From contig NC_092678.1 of assembly GCF_964355755.1 (NCBI RefSeq), positions 13,390,352-13,454,351 on the forward strand: a DNA stretch of 64,000 nt, given 5' to 3'. How positions within the stretch are numbered: the first letter of the stretch is position 1; the number at the start of each line of letters is the position of its first letter. The notes under the pieces were generated by a model, which saw only the letters and a list, made by a program, of their open reading frames with translations, was not told the DNA's origin and searched no databases. The position numbers and the translations under genes were made by a program. Source of the DNA: Antedon mediterranea. Its lineage: Eukaryota; Animalia; Echinodermata. Shown here piece by piece: positions 24,051-38,078 of the stretch.

Positions 24051-25216
24051 ATAAAAATGTTCTCCTTGTACCTTTTCTGTCGGTTATCATTATTGAAAAC
24101 GCTTGACATTCGTAAAAGTAAACTACTCTGTTTCACTATGTTTTAGATGATTAATAACATAAGTATAGTGTTTATTGTTTGGTAGGGCCCTTTGGGGAGG
24201 CGGAGTTCATTTGAGGTAGGTGCTTTTTCGAGTGATTTATGTTAATTTTTTAGTTTTAATAACATGGTAACATTTATGATCAAATGAAATCCTCTAATAG
24301 ATAGGAAAACTGGTAAAAAAGAATAACAAATGTTTGATAAATTGTAGATAACAGTGCGATGAATTCTACTACAAATAGTATGATTATTATTCAAAGTGAT
24401 GTTTTATTGGAGAGGCGTTTATTCAAATAAATACCATCCAAATAATTATTAATACATTATTTAATTTAAACATCTTTTGAAACTAACTGCCATGACAGAG
24501 TGGGCCCAAGAAAGAAGACATTATGGCTTGCAACATGGGCAGACATCTCGGTCCTAGCGGGACACAGATAGCCTACAGTTATTCCTGCCAGCTTACTCAA
24601 TCAACTATCGGGATTTCACTCGATTTCAAACAAAATGTCAAATCTCCCTATGTAATTTTATAATACTATTTCCCACAATATATTCCAATTCTTTATGGCG
24701 TATATTTAATTTGATCTTTATTAATTTGCAGTATAATTTTTATTGTTTAACTACTGTACCTTCACACACGCGCGGTCCGTTTCTAAAATAAACAAAAAAC
24801 TGAAAAATGGCTATGCTACTTAAGCTCCAGTCCTACTATCGGTTTTTTCTTCCTTCTTCCAAAAGGACACTGTATTGATTAATGGAAAATGCCTGTTTCC
24901 AGTCATCTTTAGGGTCAAATCTATTATTTTAACTACTCCATTGTGTATAGAAGAGAGAAAAATAGTTGAAACCAGGTTGTTGCAAGGTGAACCCGGAAAT
25001 TACTTTGACCCGCAAAGAATTGAAACTGAGTTGAAAATCTAATGTTGAAATCATACATTTTGTTAAAAAACTCTTTATAATAATCTTCCTAAGATTGAAA
25101 TATGGAAAAATAGCGTCGATGTGAAAACTAATGTTATCAAATCTACGTTTCGTGGTACATCTGAGATAGATAAGGTAGGTATCCAAGGCGGATATTTGTA
25201 CCGAAGTTTTTGCATT

Positions 25217-26066
25217 GCCAAAAATAAAATTGTTGTTGGTTAAAATCAACATGACCAGTTCTCGTAAATGAGCGTTAGTAGGCGTTTTGCCTGGAATTAT
25301 TTTGTAATTTAGAATGCATGCGTCGGCTCCTTCTTTGTGAGAGATATTAGTATACAACGATGAAACATCTAATGTAGCCAGAACAAAATTATTAGGTTAA
25401 TTTTGAATTTGGTTAATTTTGTGGATAAAGTCCGTGGAGTCCTGAATGGTCTAAGTAAATCATCCACATATTCAGAAATTTTCTCTGTAGCAGTGCCATT
25501 ACCCGAAATAATGGGTCTACCGGAATTGCCTGCTTTTGTGGATTTTAAGTAAGAAGTAAAATCTGCCTGAAACTGGATTAAAATGTGCCAAATGAGGTCC
25601 AATCTTAGGATTGAAGAAGTGTTTTTTTTACCATCACAAAAACAGATTTTGCCACCTTATCCGCAATTTTCGGGTTGGGATTTGTTGTAAGTTTACAATA
25701 ATAAAGAGGATTGTTTAGCTGTTTTAAGGACTCCTCTTCGTAAAATGTCCATAGCTATAGTGGCAGAACCGATATCTGCGGGTTCAATGTTGATATCATT
25801 AGGCTGACGCAATTTGGCAATGGCCTGCCTCTCTTGTTTTGAGAGATTGTCACGTTCATCTGGACCAGGGATGTAGTTTTGTACATCCTCCTCAATAGCC
25901 AGAATAAATGTTTCTAAAGCTGGACAAAGATTTTTATGTGGATTCTAGGAACGTTTTGGTTTAAATTGATTAACGTTGCCATCGTTTTTCGTGGTGTTGC
26001 TGTCTGAATCATCAGCAAATTCACGTAATCGTAATCCTCTGGAGAAAGACTCTATATCCAAAGATA
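25217..26066 (-). pseudogene. Penelope-like element reverse transcriptase fragment
   Basis: FSRGLRLREF, DNLSKQERQAIAKLR, GRPIISGNGTATEKISEYVDDLLRP, SLYTNISH, LILTNNNFIF; many frameshifts. Confidence 0.8.
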
Positions 26067-27464
26067 TTCGTAATGTTGTATCGTTAAATACGTACTTTAA
26101 TATTTCAATCGTATATGACAGTGACAGTTTCAACAAAGTATTACATCGCAAATGTTTTACTGTGTTTATTTACAAAACATTATGTTGTTACTGAGTGGAT
26201 TATTAGGAATTATTATTTAAAAATGGTTACCGTAAATCTTCTAATTGTAACCCTGGGTTATTATTCTTTGATAGTTTTTTAGGATGGGTTTCTATTAGAA
26301 GGGGGAGTTGCTATTAGAGTAGTGGGTTACTAGTACTCATCTCCAACTTTTCCGGTCACCAACTCATAGCAAAAATAATAAAAACAGTACGAATAAACAA
26401 ATTTGGTTGAACTCTAACTTTATTTTATAAACTCAAAAACACTCAATCCTCCCCACTCCCGAGATCAACATGCATTATCTCCTTATTTTCAAAATACGGC
26501 TGCATCATAAGTTTTTGTGACTCTAATAGTAACCCCCATGTGTTACTATTAGAGTAGTGGTTTATTAGTTATCCGCTTAGTAGCGGATAGCTCCTTGTGA
26601 TTGTATTGGATCAATATTTTTTTTTGGTTATTTCGTTATCCGCACTTGGCGGATAACCCTTGTTATTGTCACGATCTTCTTTCTTTCCACGAATTTTGTT
26701 GGAAGCGTATCTCTAATTCTGGCCAACATAAGATTGTGTAGCATTTTCATAAGATTGACCTATAGCTGTAGATGTCCAGCCAGGCTTTCTGACGATGTCA
26801 GAGTCGCGCAGCGTAAGTTACGCGCGATTTTATGAATTTCTATTATTTAACATAGATCGAAAACCAAAAATCAACTTGTATTGAAACTTGGCAAAAGTGT
26901 AATGTATATCAAGCGCAAACTTTCAATGGATTAAAAATGGCATGTTTCACAGAAAGTTACGCGAGCACGCGCATTTAAAATTTCAAAATGAGAAAAACTA
27001 ATTTCTAATCAACTTTCTACGCGTTTCAGGTCATTTTGAGCATATCAACAATTTCTGCACGCATGTAAAATTTCACGCGCATGTACACACGTAGCGCAGA
27101 AAAACATCTTTTTTTGCGTGATTTATGTTTTTTTCAGCCTTTTCTAGTAATTTTACCAACTTTTAAACAATTTCGACCTAAAATTACGTCATACGAGCTC
27201 GTCGAATTGGAAAATTTGCGCGCGTTTTTATGAAAAAGTAAAAAAATTCGTCAAAATTATGCCTTTTATATATATAAACAGTCATAAATTCTAAACTACG
27301 AGGTAATTTTTTTTTTTAATTACATATTCTAAAGTTGATGAGTTGTAGATATCAGATCATGAATCAATATGGCTAACCGGACATTGTGACGTCATCGTAT
27401 GGCCACTCGAATATAAAATATAGGATTTTTGTCTCTTTCGTCATAGCGCATCACATTTCACCCA

Positions 27465-28296
27465 TTTTTAGTCGCGTGGAAGCGACTCTATAGTTCACTA
27501 TGTCGGTCGGTTGGTCGGTCTGTCTGTCTGTCGGTCTGTCTGTCGGTCTGTCTGTCTGTCGGTCTGTCGGTCCGGTATCACTATGCGTTTTATCGCTTTC
27601 TGACCTTATCTTGATATCAGTTTAATCTAGCTAGGTCAATTTTTCACAGTATATTCCTTATGGCCAGGAATCAATGTGGTTATGTTTTCAAGGTGCGCAA
27701 TAAAAAATTACGCGGTCTACGCACCATTTAACGAAATCACGTTTGTAATCTTATCTTCACAACCATGAATCACAATTAAATAAAATTTGGTACTCATAAA
27801 TTTCAGGGCATAAATCATCATATGGCAATACAATTACGTGCATAGCGCATGTAACGCATGCGTACGCGCGCTTAAAATTTTCAAAATTTATTTTCGATGA
27901 AATAAAAGTACGTTTCAGGCAATTTTAAGCGTTTACAAAATTGCCATGAGTGCGCATATTTTTGCGCGCGCACTGTGCGTTAAATGTTATTGCGCACTCT
28001 TTTTGCCCGATTTCTGTTTTCTTGACTTACTTTTCAACTCGAAATTACGTTATACGAGCACGTCAAAAGTGACAGGCTACGCACGTGTAAATTAAAAAAT
28101 TATAAATATTTTTAAATATTTCAACATTTTTAAACATGTTCAGTAATTTCGGTCAGTATAGTTCACTATGTCGGTCGGTCGGTCTGTCTGTCTATCGGTC
28201 TTTCGGTCTGTCTGTCGATCTGTCTGTCGGTCTGTCTGTCGGTCCGGTATCACTATGCATTGTAGCACACAACTTAATGGCTGTTGGCCTTGTTTT
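27465..28296 (+). mobile_element. HINE/DINE-1-like element with (GTCT/GTCG)n microsatellites
   Basis: TTTTTAGTCGCGTGGAAGCGACT 5' end, internal tetranucleotide arrays at 27505-27570 and 28170-28245, 3' hairpin GGCTGTTGGCC followed by TTGTTTT. Confidence 0.7.
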
Positions 28297-28597
28297 ATAT
28301 TAGGGAGGTTTCGCAACCTTACAAATACGATAACGAAAACGGATACGTCATACATTTGTGAAACTTTTGAGCTGATCCCCATTTCATATTCGTAAAGCGT
28401 ATTCGTGTTGACGAATATCACCAGTCATATTATTCGTAACTACAAAACGAGTATAGTTTTTGATCTATGCACATTTTGCATTTGAATCAGGAATGATTCA
28501 TGACTATAATCAAAGAATATATATCACAAGAATGAGTATTCCGCGATTTTTGCATGAGAAATTTGTAACAGAGAGCTCCAGTGAGTGATGCCCGCCC

Positions 28598-31500
28598 GCG
28601 ATTTTTTTTTCCGTACGAGAGTTCCTCCATCGGTTCGTTTCGGACTCAATCGACTCTTCGGTAAGCCACCGATGCTCACTGATGCGTGACAGCAACCACA
28701 AGACAAAACGTGAGCAGCTTTTTTGCACGAGTGACAGATTTATATATACTAGAGGCCTAATAATATACTCACTGTAAATATAATAATAAATATTAATAGT
28801 AGTACATACTGAACGTCATTGTAATAATAATAATAGGCCTAGAATTTTAATAATATAATACTGTATAGGCAGCCACAAACCAATGTATGTACCATCAGAT
28901 TCACAAACAGTAACACACACACAGCAGCAGCACTTTGTTGGTCGTCACAACAAGCAAGGCTGGCCCTAACTAGCCTAGCCCTACGTACGTGTGCTTCAAT
29001 GTAGTACATTTCCATCTACAGACAGTACTATTTTTTATTTTAATAAAATGAAGTAGTAGGTTAGAAATTATATGTACAGAAGTAACACTAACAGATGTTT
29101 TTATCAAGAAAATTACAATTTTCTTCAGGTTTTTAAGTGTAACATTTGAAAAATTTTATACATATAGGCCTAGGTATTAGTATTAGTAACATGTATTCTT
29201 GTAAGTTGTAATGTATAGAAACACATGCTTACGGTGGCCCACAACTGTCACGCACACTATAACACAGAATCACACAATTAAAGAAGGAATTACACAATTA
29301 AAGAAGGAATCACACAATTAAAGAAGAAATCGCACAATTAAAAAAGAAATCGCATATAAACAAAAGAAAGCATGAAAATATAAAACGAAATGCACAAATA
29401 AAGAAGAAACGCGCAATTAAAGAAGAGCTAAGCACAATTAAAGAAGTCCGCAACAAATTCGAAAGCTCCTCGCACAATTAAAGAAGTCCGCAACAAATTC
29501 GAAAGCTCCTCGCACAATTAAAGAATTCCGCAACAAATTCGAAAGTACTTCACACACAATTAAAGTACAGTAGTCCGTATGGAACGCCATTGCTGCCCCC
29601 GGCAGCAAATTTTAATTCTATTCGGCTCTTTTACCATTACGTTCGGCTCTTTTAGCATTCGGCGCATTTCTATTCGGCCCATTTACCATTTCGTTCGGCT
29701 CTTTCAGCATTCGGCGCATTTCTATTTGGCCCATTTACCATTACGTTCGGCTCTTTCAGCATTCGGCTCTTTTTTATTCGGCCCATTTACCATTACGTTC
29801 GGCTCTTTTTAATTCGGCCCTTTTTTATTCGCCTCTTTCTGCATTACGTTCGGCTCTTTTTGATTTGGCCCTTTTTTATACGGCGCAATTCAATTCTAAC
29901 CTTTTACATGGGATCAAATGGAAGAAAATCAACGGCTGGAAATGAGTCTATGAAAAGTTTACAAAACATATAGATGCAGCATGTAGATTGTTGGTTGAAT
30001 TAAATGAATTTGAAGGCTATTTCAATATAATTATAACTAATCATTTTATTGACATGATTAATGTGTTAGTTAGAGAACTTGCAATTGTCCAACCTTATTG
30101 ACCATTTTGAGAGAGAAAAGGTTTGATTCATGGCCTAGGCTAGCTAGGCCTAGCCTAGTGTCAGCCTAACATTTAATAATAATAATTTACCCTTTCTCTC
30201 TAAAAATTTGTTAAAAGATGAATTAATTTTAGGTTATTCAACACATCTTTAATCGGTTGGCTACTCATGGTTGGCGCCATGATGATCAAATGTTTGTAAA
30301 CTTTTCATAGACTCATTTCCAGTCATTGATTTTCTTCCATTTGACCCCACTTCAAAGGTTAGATTTTAATTGCGCCATATAAAAAAATGCCGATTTAAAA
30401 AGAGCCCAACGTAATGCAGAAAGAGCCGAATAAAAAAGGGCCGAATCAAAAAGAGCCGAACGTAATGTTAAATGGGCCGAATAAAAAAGAGCCGAATGCT
30501 GAAAGAGCCGAATGTAATGGTAAATGGGCCGAATAAAAAGAGCCGAATTCTGAAAGAGCCGAACGTAATGGTAAATGGACCAAATAGAAATGCGCCGAAT
30601 GCTGAAAGAGCCGAACGTAATGGTAAAAAGGCCGAATAGAAATGCGCCGAATGGTAAAAGAGCCGAACGTAATGGTAAAAGAGCCGAATAGAATTAGAGT
30701 TTGCTGCCGGAGGCAGTGATGGCGTTCCATACGGACTACGGTACTTTAATTGTGCGAGGTACTTTCGAATTTGTTGCGGACTTCTTTAATTGTGTGAGGA
30801 GCTTTCGAATTTGTTGCGAACTTCTTTAATTGTGCGAGGTACTTTCGAATTTGTTGCGGACTTCTTTAATTGTGTGAGGAGCTTTCGAATTTGTTGCGAA
30901 CTTCTTTAATTGTGCGAGGTACTTTCGAATTTGTTGCGGACTTCTTTAATTGTGCGAGGAGCTTTTGATTTTGTTGCGAACTTCTTTAATTGTGCGAGGA
31001 GCTTTCGAATTTGCTGCGGACTTCTTTAATTGTGCTTAGCTCTTCTTTAATTGCGCGTTTCTTCTTTATTTGTGCATTTCGTTTTATATTTTCATGCTTT
31101 CTTTTGTTTATATGCGATTCCTTCTTTAATTGTATGATTTCTTCTTTAATTGTGTGATTTCTTCTTTAATTGTGTGAATATGATTTATATAGTGTGCGTG
31201 ACAGTTGTGGGCCACCGTACATGCTTGCTTATAAAGCGTTTAATATTGTGTTAATTTAATAATTATTGATATCTTGGCCAGTGGAAATTTTGAATTAAAA
31301 TGAACAATTTAAAAAAAAAAATTATTTCAGAAACCATAATAAAAAAAATAAATCAAGAATATGGAACACAGAAAACCGATCTTCATGACAAGATGATAGT
31401 ATCACATATAATTATAAGCTTCCTGGAAAATGTGTTACAGTATTATTAAATGTATTTGTACTATTGCAGTCGTGTCAGTACCGTAATTGAATGTTTTTTA

Positions 31501-32212
31501 CTTTGCATGTATTTTTTATGATTTTCCAAATTACATATACACATAATAAACAATAATATTAGTTGTAGGCCTATAATATAACTTAATTAAAACTCCAAAA
31601 TTGCCTATATTAAAAGTCTGAAATCTTTATTTTTCAAGATTGGGGATAATTAATACGTACACCTTTAACGTAAAATTTCCATTACCTTACAATACAAATA
31701 TTAATTTAATAATATTATTTTAAAAGGTATAAAAAACATACACTGTGCATAGGAATTCCTACTGTACATAACCATTTTAAATTCAAAAGTAATACCTTGC
31801 ATAGGCTTACACAAGCTTGGCTATGTTGGTAGGCTACCCATGGGCTAGCTACAATACCATAAACGATAAGAAAAGAGCCTCTCGTTCGTGACAAAAAAGG
31901 TCGTTCAACTTCAAAAAATAATATCTGATACGACCTACTATTGGGTCGTAGACCTAAATATCTTCAATATGCTATTGGGTTCTTAATGTAATTACTAAGT
32001 AGGCCTAGTATTTATTAATTAATGTCATCAAAACTCGTATTAGTGTAGATTCATTTTACTATTATGAGAGCCTGTGTGAAAGTATAAGCTCGCGGTTTGT
32101 AAATGTAAATTGTATTATATTGTCACGCATCAGTGAGCTGACTATACCGAAGAGAGTCGATTGAGTCCGAAACGAACCGATGGAGGAACTCTCGTACGGA
32201 AAAAAAAATCGC
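28598..32212. mobile_element. Non-autonomous Mutator (MULE)-like element
   Basis: ~95-bp TIRs GCGATTTTTTTTTCCGTACGAGAGTTCCTCCATCGG...; 9-bp TSD TGCCCGCCC (28589-28597 and 32213-32221). Confidence 0.75.
29230..31219. mobile_element. Fold-back element with TACGG termini and a 6-bp TSD (IS3EU-like)
   Basis: TACGGTGGCCCACAACTGTCACGCACACTATA at both ends, inverted; TSD CATGCT; ~750-900-bp arms of 20-bp, 39-bp and TTCGGC-based tandem repeats. Confidence 0.75.
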
Positions 32213-35200
32213 TGCCCGCCCTCATAAGGGCGGATGTATACATACTAAATAAGATTGATTTAATATATATTATACATGTCACATTAAATAGAATTATGAT
32301 AATAGTTTTTGCAATTGTAAATTTTTTTATAATACATATTTATTAACAAACTAGTGTACATTCACTTTTACAGACAATTATTTACTAACATGCTAAGTTA
32401 GTTCACAAAAAAGGCCTAACACAGCAACACCAAAAATCAACGAATCGTTACTCAACATGGCCTATTCCTTACCATTGCCGTGTACTTTCTACGCCCGGTA
32501 AATTAAGTATTGTTTTTTATGATATAAATTAGTATAAAATACATGTTATTAATAGGACAAAATGTTAAATGTCATTAACATTTATTTGTTTTCCAGAAAC
32601 AAGTTAAATATAGGAATATTATTCAACTATGCTTCGTGAAAACGCGTAAACACCAACACGCCCGGTCACGCTATCGTAGCGCCCGGTTGGTAAAGCAAAT
32701 TGTTTATACGGCAGTTTTTACTAAATAAATTGCATAAAACGAACAATTAAATATCCAAATAGTATTTAACATGATGTTGGCATGTAGTTGATAACATTTT
32801 TTATCATGAAAATACTACCGGTGGTCTAGCCTTTGATTATTGAAACCGTCACAAAAAGTTGTATACATCCCAGATACATCCACACTTATGGCGGCGCCCT
32901 ACCGCATGGACAATATTACTGTTACAGGGAAAATCGCGGATTACTCATTCTTGTGAAATATATTCTTTGCTATAATATAATTATACCTTGATTGAAAGTA
33001 ATTTACTAAAGTAATTTACTAAATGGCCAGGTCAATTTTGATAAATAGCAGTTTTTAAAGTCTTCACTCGCTTTGATGTTACGCTAGGCCTAGGCAGCCA
33101 AGCACCAAGCAACACGTACCTGCGCTTACTTCGCTAAAATTTACCGCAGTCATTTTTTGGACGGCGCCCTCAATATTTCGTTGCCATGCGAAACAGATAT
33201 TTACGAAAAACGAATACGTGTGCGTGATGTATCCGTTGTCGTTATCGCATTCGTAAGATTGCGAAACCTCCCTATTGTCTAGGTTGATCAATTATCTTTC
33301 ACTTCATTTACAATTTTTAAAATTGTGATGATGTCATCATGTTTAAAAGCGTCAATAACTTTGGTCACTTATTTTCCCCTATTCTGCACAGTACGTAGTA
33401 CGTATGCAGTATAGTGTATACTGTATACACTTAGACGTGACACAAAATAGGGAGCACACTAACATTTTTTCAATGGCATAATCGTTATACTGTGAGCAAT
33501 ATTCTAACATATGACGTGCACGTGGCGTTTGCACTGCGGATAACCCTAACTCGTCCGAAGTGACGAGTTCAAATCTAGTTCTGTATTATTCTTCTTTCTC
33601 GCTATTTTTGTGCAGCGCGTTTCTCTAAAATGTGTAAACATAACATTTCATAACTTTCACAACATGTGGACATTTACCTGAAGTTGTGCACCTCCTTTTT
33701 TGAGAGACGTCAGAGTTGCGCAACGGGACTTAATCTCGATTTTATTAATTTTTATGATTGCTCATAGATTAAAAACCAAGCGTAATTTTTTTTTTTTATA
33801 CTTAGTGAAAATTTAAGTCATATCAAGGTCAAACTATCTACGGATTAAAAATGGCATGTTTCACAAGAAGTTACGCGCGCACGCGCATTTAAAATTTCAA
33901 ATTGCGCAAAATTAATTTCTAATCAACTTTCTACGCTGATCATGACATTTTGAGCATGTCAAAAATGTACGCGCGCGCGAAAAAATGTACGCGTAAGGTG
34001 CGCACGGAGTATGAAAGACATGTTTTTTTCTCTTAAATTATATTTTCCAAGCCTTTCCTAGTAATTTTAAAACAGTCTAGACATTTTCCACTTTAAATAA
34101 CGCCATACGAACACGTTGAATTAGGCAATTCGCGCGCGTTTTTAATGAAAAAGCTTATAAAGACGTCAAAATAATGTCTTTTTTAAAACAGTCATAGTTT
34201 CTAAAGTAAACCGTGAACTGTTTATTTTTATTACAAAATCTAGAAGTTGGTGAGTTGTAGATATCAGATCATGCATCAAGGCTAAACAAACATTGTGACG
34301 TTATCGTATGGCCACCCGAATATATATATTGTTGTCTCTTTCGTCGTTGCTCATCACATTCAATGGAGCGCATCACACTTATCTGTATTCTTTTTTCTCC
34401 GAGATTTTAATATTGTCTAGGTCAATCAACTATCTTTTGCATGAGATAAAAATATTTTAATTTTTATTACGTCATCATGCTTAAAAATTAAATTACGTGG
34501 GTCATTAATTTCATCTTTACAGTAAATTGATAATCAACATTAAAACATTTTCTGGAAGCTATTGAATTGTAGATACAAATTCATGTGAAAATTTTGCCAA
34601 TCGGATATTGTGACGTTATCATAAGGCCACTTGACTTTAAAAAGTCGTATTTTCATCTTTTGCGTGATAGTTCATTACATTTAAAAGAGCGCGTATCAAT
34701 ATTTCACGTTTACAAATTTCTTCTACACGTTAATATTTTGTTGTTGAGATCATTTCCTTTCGAAATTGCTACCTTTGCGATTCATTTTGAATCCGTCAAC
34801 ATGTTAAAATTTGGAATAAATAGCGAGTCCTGTAATTTCACCAATTCTACACTGATGTGCTACGTATACAGATTATACTGTGTATACTATATGACACAAA
34901 ATAACAGAATTCAGCAATAAAAACAAATCATATTCTTCAGTTCGGGTCATAATGCCATAATCTTTTTCTGTGTGCAATATTCCAACGTATGACGTGCACG
35001 TGGCGTTTGTGGTGCGGATAACTAACTCGTCAAAGTGACGAGTTTCATGTCTAGTTTTTTTTAGATTGACTTATAAGGTGGGTTAGTATTAGAGTGTGGA
35101 TTACTATTATAGTGTTGGTTACTATTAGAAGATTTACAGTACACTTTGCACCCATCCTTTTCCCCATCCTTCAACACAAATTGGATTTGTTTAAATGTGA

Positions 35201-35339
35201 CTCTAACATTTCGGACTCATTTTGTGACAAGTTTTTTGTTCAGAATTAATTCCCAGGGTGATAATCTACTGTGTTTAAAGCAACTGGAGAGTGTAAATGG
35301 AAGAATATTAAAGTGAAAAACGGTAAATAAAAATTACCC

Positions 35340-36900
35340 ACACTCTAAATGGTTGTGTTACTTCCTTTATCATCGCTTAAGGACTTTCAACATATATAAT
35401 CTACAATTAGCTTTGCTAAGCACTTTAGTGATATGAGAGGTCCATTTAAGATCAGAACTAATGTTAACGCCCAAGATTGTAGTATTATTTGCAACGGCTG
35501 TCCATCAATGTTGACAACATGATTAACATTTTCTCTAGAGAAATGTACACTAACAACTAAACATTTGCTAGGATTAAGTTTCATATTATTTACTGTCACC
35601 CATTGCGATAGTTCGTTTAAGTGATTTTGCATAAAGCTAGGTGGCTTGCAAAGACGGGGTTCGACGATGGTAATATCATCAACATACTTAAATACGTCAA
35701 TCGGCTTATTGTAAAAACATCATTAATAATCCGGGAGCCCATGAAGATTTGTTTAGCATTGCGAGTACAAAAGGTCTGAGGCATAGAATATGTCATGTGG
35801 GGTCCCGGGACCATCAACTGAGACAACTGAAGATCATCACCTACCTACCTATTCCGATTATTAAGAAAACCAATAAAAATAATAATAATAATAATGTAAA
35901 ATATTAATGGACGAAGACGGAATCCCAAAAAGATGAAGATCTTGTGGCAGGATTGAATGATGTTATTAGTAGCAAAAAGATACACCTTGTCCTTGCTGGT
36001 AAAATGATTGAATGGTGTTATTAGTAGCAAAAATATACACCTTGTCCTTGCTGGTAAAAGAATTAATGTCCGTTATCATTTGAGTTTAAGAAGTAAAGGA
36101 AGGAAAAATAAATCGGAGTAATGCGACAGTGGATGGGCGCCAGATAGATAATTTAGAAGCATTTTTGCAGAATAAGAAATTACGAATGTTTGTTGGGTTG
36201 GCCAAGACAATAATACGACAGCTCGAATAAGGAAGGATGAGTTGAATATTAATATTAGAGGGGAGGAAGGAAGATAACTTAGATATGATTTCAATACACT
36301 TTTTTCTCATTTTCTTAGAGAGTTTCCATGATGAGAGGCGGTTATTAATGATAACCCAATGGAATTTAATAGATTTAACTGATGGGATTTCATAGTTTTT
36401 AATAAAGTTTTAAGTATGGACACATCGTTATTATAACTCCAAATAAGATGTTATGATTGGATTGAGGGAGAGTTTGTTAGGAGCAAAGTAGTGAGACAAC
36501 GGGATAACATTATTACAGTATAATTAGTATTAAAGGTATCAAAAGAGTTTGAATGTTTTCATACAGTGGTATGCATCCGCGTAACAAAAAATTAATTTTG
36601 AGGAGCGTGGTAAACATCAGCGATGTAAAAAGTGAAACGAGGCATCAGGTACTGATATTGCAGTCATCCTGATGTATCAGCGTGGTTAGATGTTGGAAGA
36701 AAAACCATAGATACATCAGCAACACCAATGTACGAGTTACTTTGACATCAGATGTGTGTGTCGCGCTACCATGATTCCATGCCTTTTACGGGTGTGACTA
36801 TCCCAGTTCATTTCTTCGAAAAGGAAAGGCCAGACCCAACAGGTTTTTGAAGAGCTAATTAAAAATATGTACAAAGTCAAAATAATTAGAAAATTTATAA
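35340..36900 (-). pseudogene. Decayed CR1/L2-group LINE (endonuclease and RT fragments)
   Basis: KYVDD, MQNHLNELSQWVTVNNMKLNPSKC and KANCRL; AT-rich endonuclease-like relic upstream. Confidence 0.6.
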
Positions 36901-38078
36901 AATATCGCTATCATTATAAAGATCCAAGAAGTAAAACACCAAGTTGACACTAAACAAACATAGATAGACAATCTTTAAAAAATCTTACAGACCAAAATCA
37001 TCATCAAAAAATCCATTGGAAAAGCTGAAAACAATAAATAGCAGTTCCATTCCACTGTGAGAGGCAGAATCGAGTTATTTATTACACAAATGTGTGAAAA
37101 TGCTGATGTTTGTGAACACCCATATATCAAACGGCTGGGATCTGGAAAGTGGATATGACATGAAGGAACCCAGATGCCAGATCAGGAAAATGTGATGAAT
37201 GATAACGACGTTGACAATGCAGTCTCTTCTGATTAGTGTGCATGTGATTTGTAGTATTAAACTTTTACCACAATTCATAATTTGTAACTATTTGGACATA
37301 ATTATCATATTGTCATTTCATTTGCCAGAATTGATACGTACTTGAATTTAATATTTTTTTAAATTTTATGTTTACTTAAATCTTAACAGAATACTACTAA
37401 TTTTAATAAACGTTTTCAAAATACAAAGGTCTCTATCTACGTCTTTTAAAAGCATAACTTAGAATCTTTATCTTTATATGGCGTTAATGCTATTATATAT
37501 AAGTATATATATATATATAAGTTTATAGCATATATAGTCATGCTAATTAATATGCTAATTACCAGCTTTCTGAAATTAGTTGACAGATGTTGCCATTTAA
37601 GGAAGATACTAAAAATAAATATTTTATAATTTTCTTCAGTTACGTATGCATAATCAAGTTTTTTTTAAAAACAGAAACGGACCTTTGACCCTTTCTTAAA
37701 GGGTCATGGTACAGGATTTGGCACTTAAGAATTACGTTTTCTTGGTTGGGCAAACGTACTTATTGTATTGCCGAATGTTCTATTGATGTACTCGATTATG
37801 TTATATAAAATGTTAATTAGCGCTAATTAATAGCTTTCTTAAGTGGAATAGGTACAAGATTTGACACTTAAGAATGACGGATCTTCAATTAGACTCTAAA
37901 AATAAACATTTTTGCATTGGTTTTACAGGTGTACTCATTATGTTAATTAAGCATAGGTAATTATTCTTTCGAAATTATTCTTTCTTTATTAAAAACAAAC
38001 CAATTGGCAGCAGATCTGCTGAATTGCATGGCAAAGGGACAATATACATTCAAAAGACAAGTAAAGTAAGAGTTATCA

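Larger units (their letters stand above)
28511..32969. mobile_element. Non-autonomous P-element-like transposon
   Basis: TIRs CAAAGAATATATATCACAAGAATGAGTA and TACTCATTCTTGTGAAATATATTCTTTG; 7-bp TSD CTATAAT. Confidence 0.7.
28302..33273. mobile_element. Non-autonomous TIR element with a 3-bp TSD (PIF/Harbinger-type)
   Basis: ~48-bp imperfect TIR AGGGAGGTTTCGCAA(C/T)CTTAC...; ATT duplicated at 28299-28301 and 33274-33276. Confidence 0.75.
26628..33579 (+). mobile_element. Related HINE copy nested inside the outer HINE
   Basis: GTTATCCGCACTTGGCGGATAAC at the 5' end; TGCGGATAACCCT-AACTCGTC..GACGAGTT-CAAATCTAGT at the 3' end; its body (26800-27460) resembles 33700-34350. Confidence 0.65.
26561..35055 (+). 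mobile_element. Non-autonomous Helentron (HINE/DINE-1-like), outer copy
   Basis: 5' GTTATCCGC palindrome/subTIR; 3' TGCGGATAAC plus hairpin AACTCGTC-aagt-GACGAGTT plus CTAGT followed by a T-run. Confidence 0.65.
26230..35139. mobile_element. Tc1/mariner (pogo/Tigger-like) MITE expanded by nested insertions
   Basis: TIRs CCGTAAATCTTCTAATTGTAACC and GGTTACTATTAGAAGATTTACAG, each flanked by TA; internal TATTAGAGT repeats. Confidence 0.75.

Noticed and set aside
23893-24090. ORF as the first exon of the NK2 gene
   Set aside because: Overlaps Helitron-like repeat sequence (hairpin-CTAG end and the TTCGGAAGTAATTCC motif) found in several copies in the window.
29579-30730. Paired ORFs MERHC.../MERHH...
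   Set aside because: Low-complexity translations of inverted tandem repeats.
29270-31180. Regular short repeats resembling a CRISPR array
   Set aside because: No unique spacers and no cas genes; they are tandem repeats within the inverted arms of a eukaryotic transposon.
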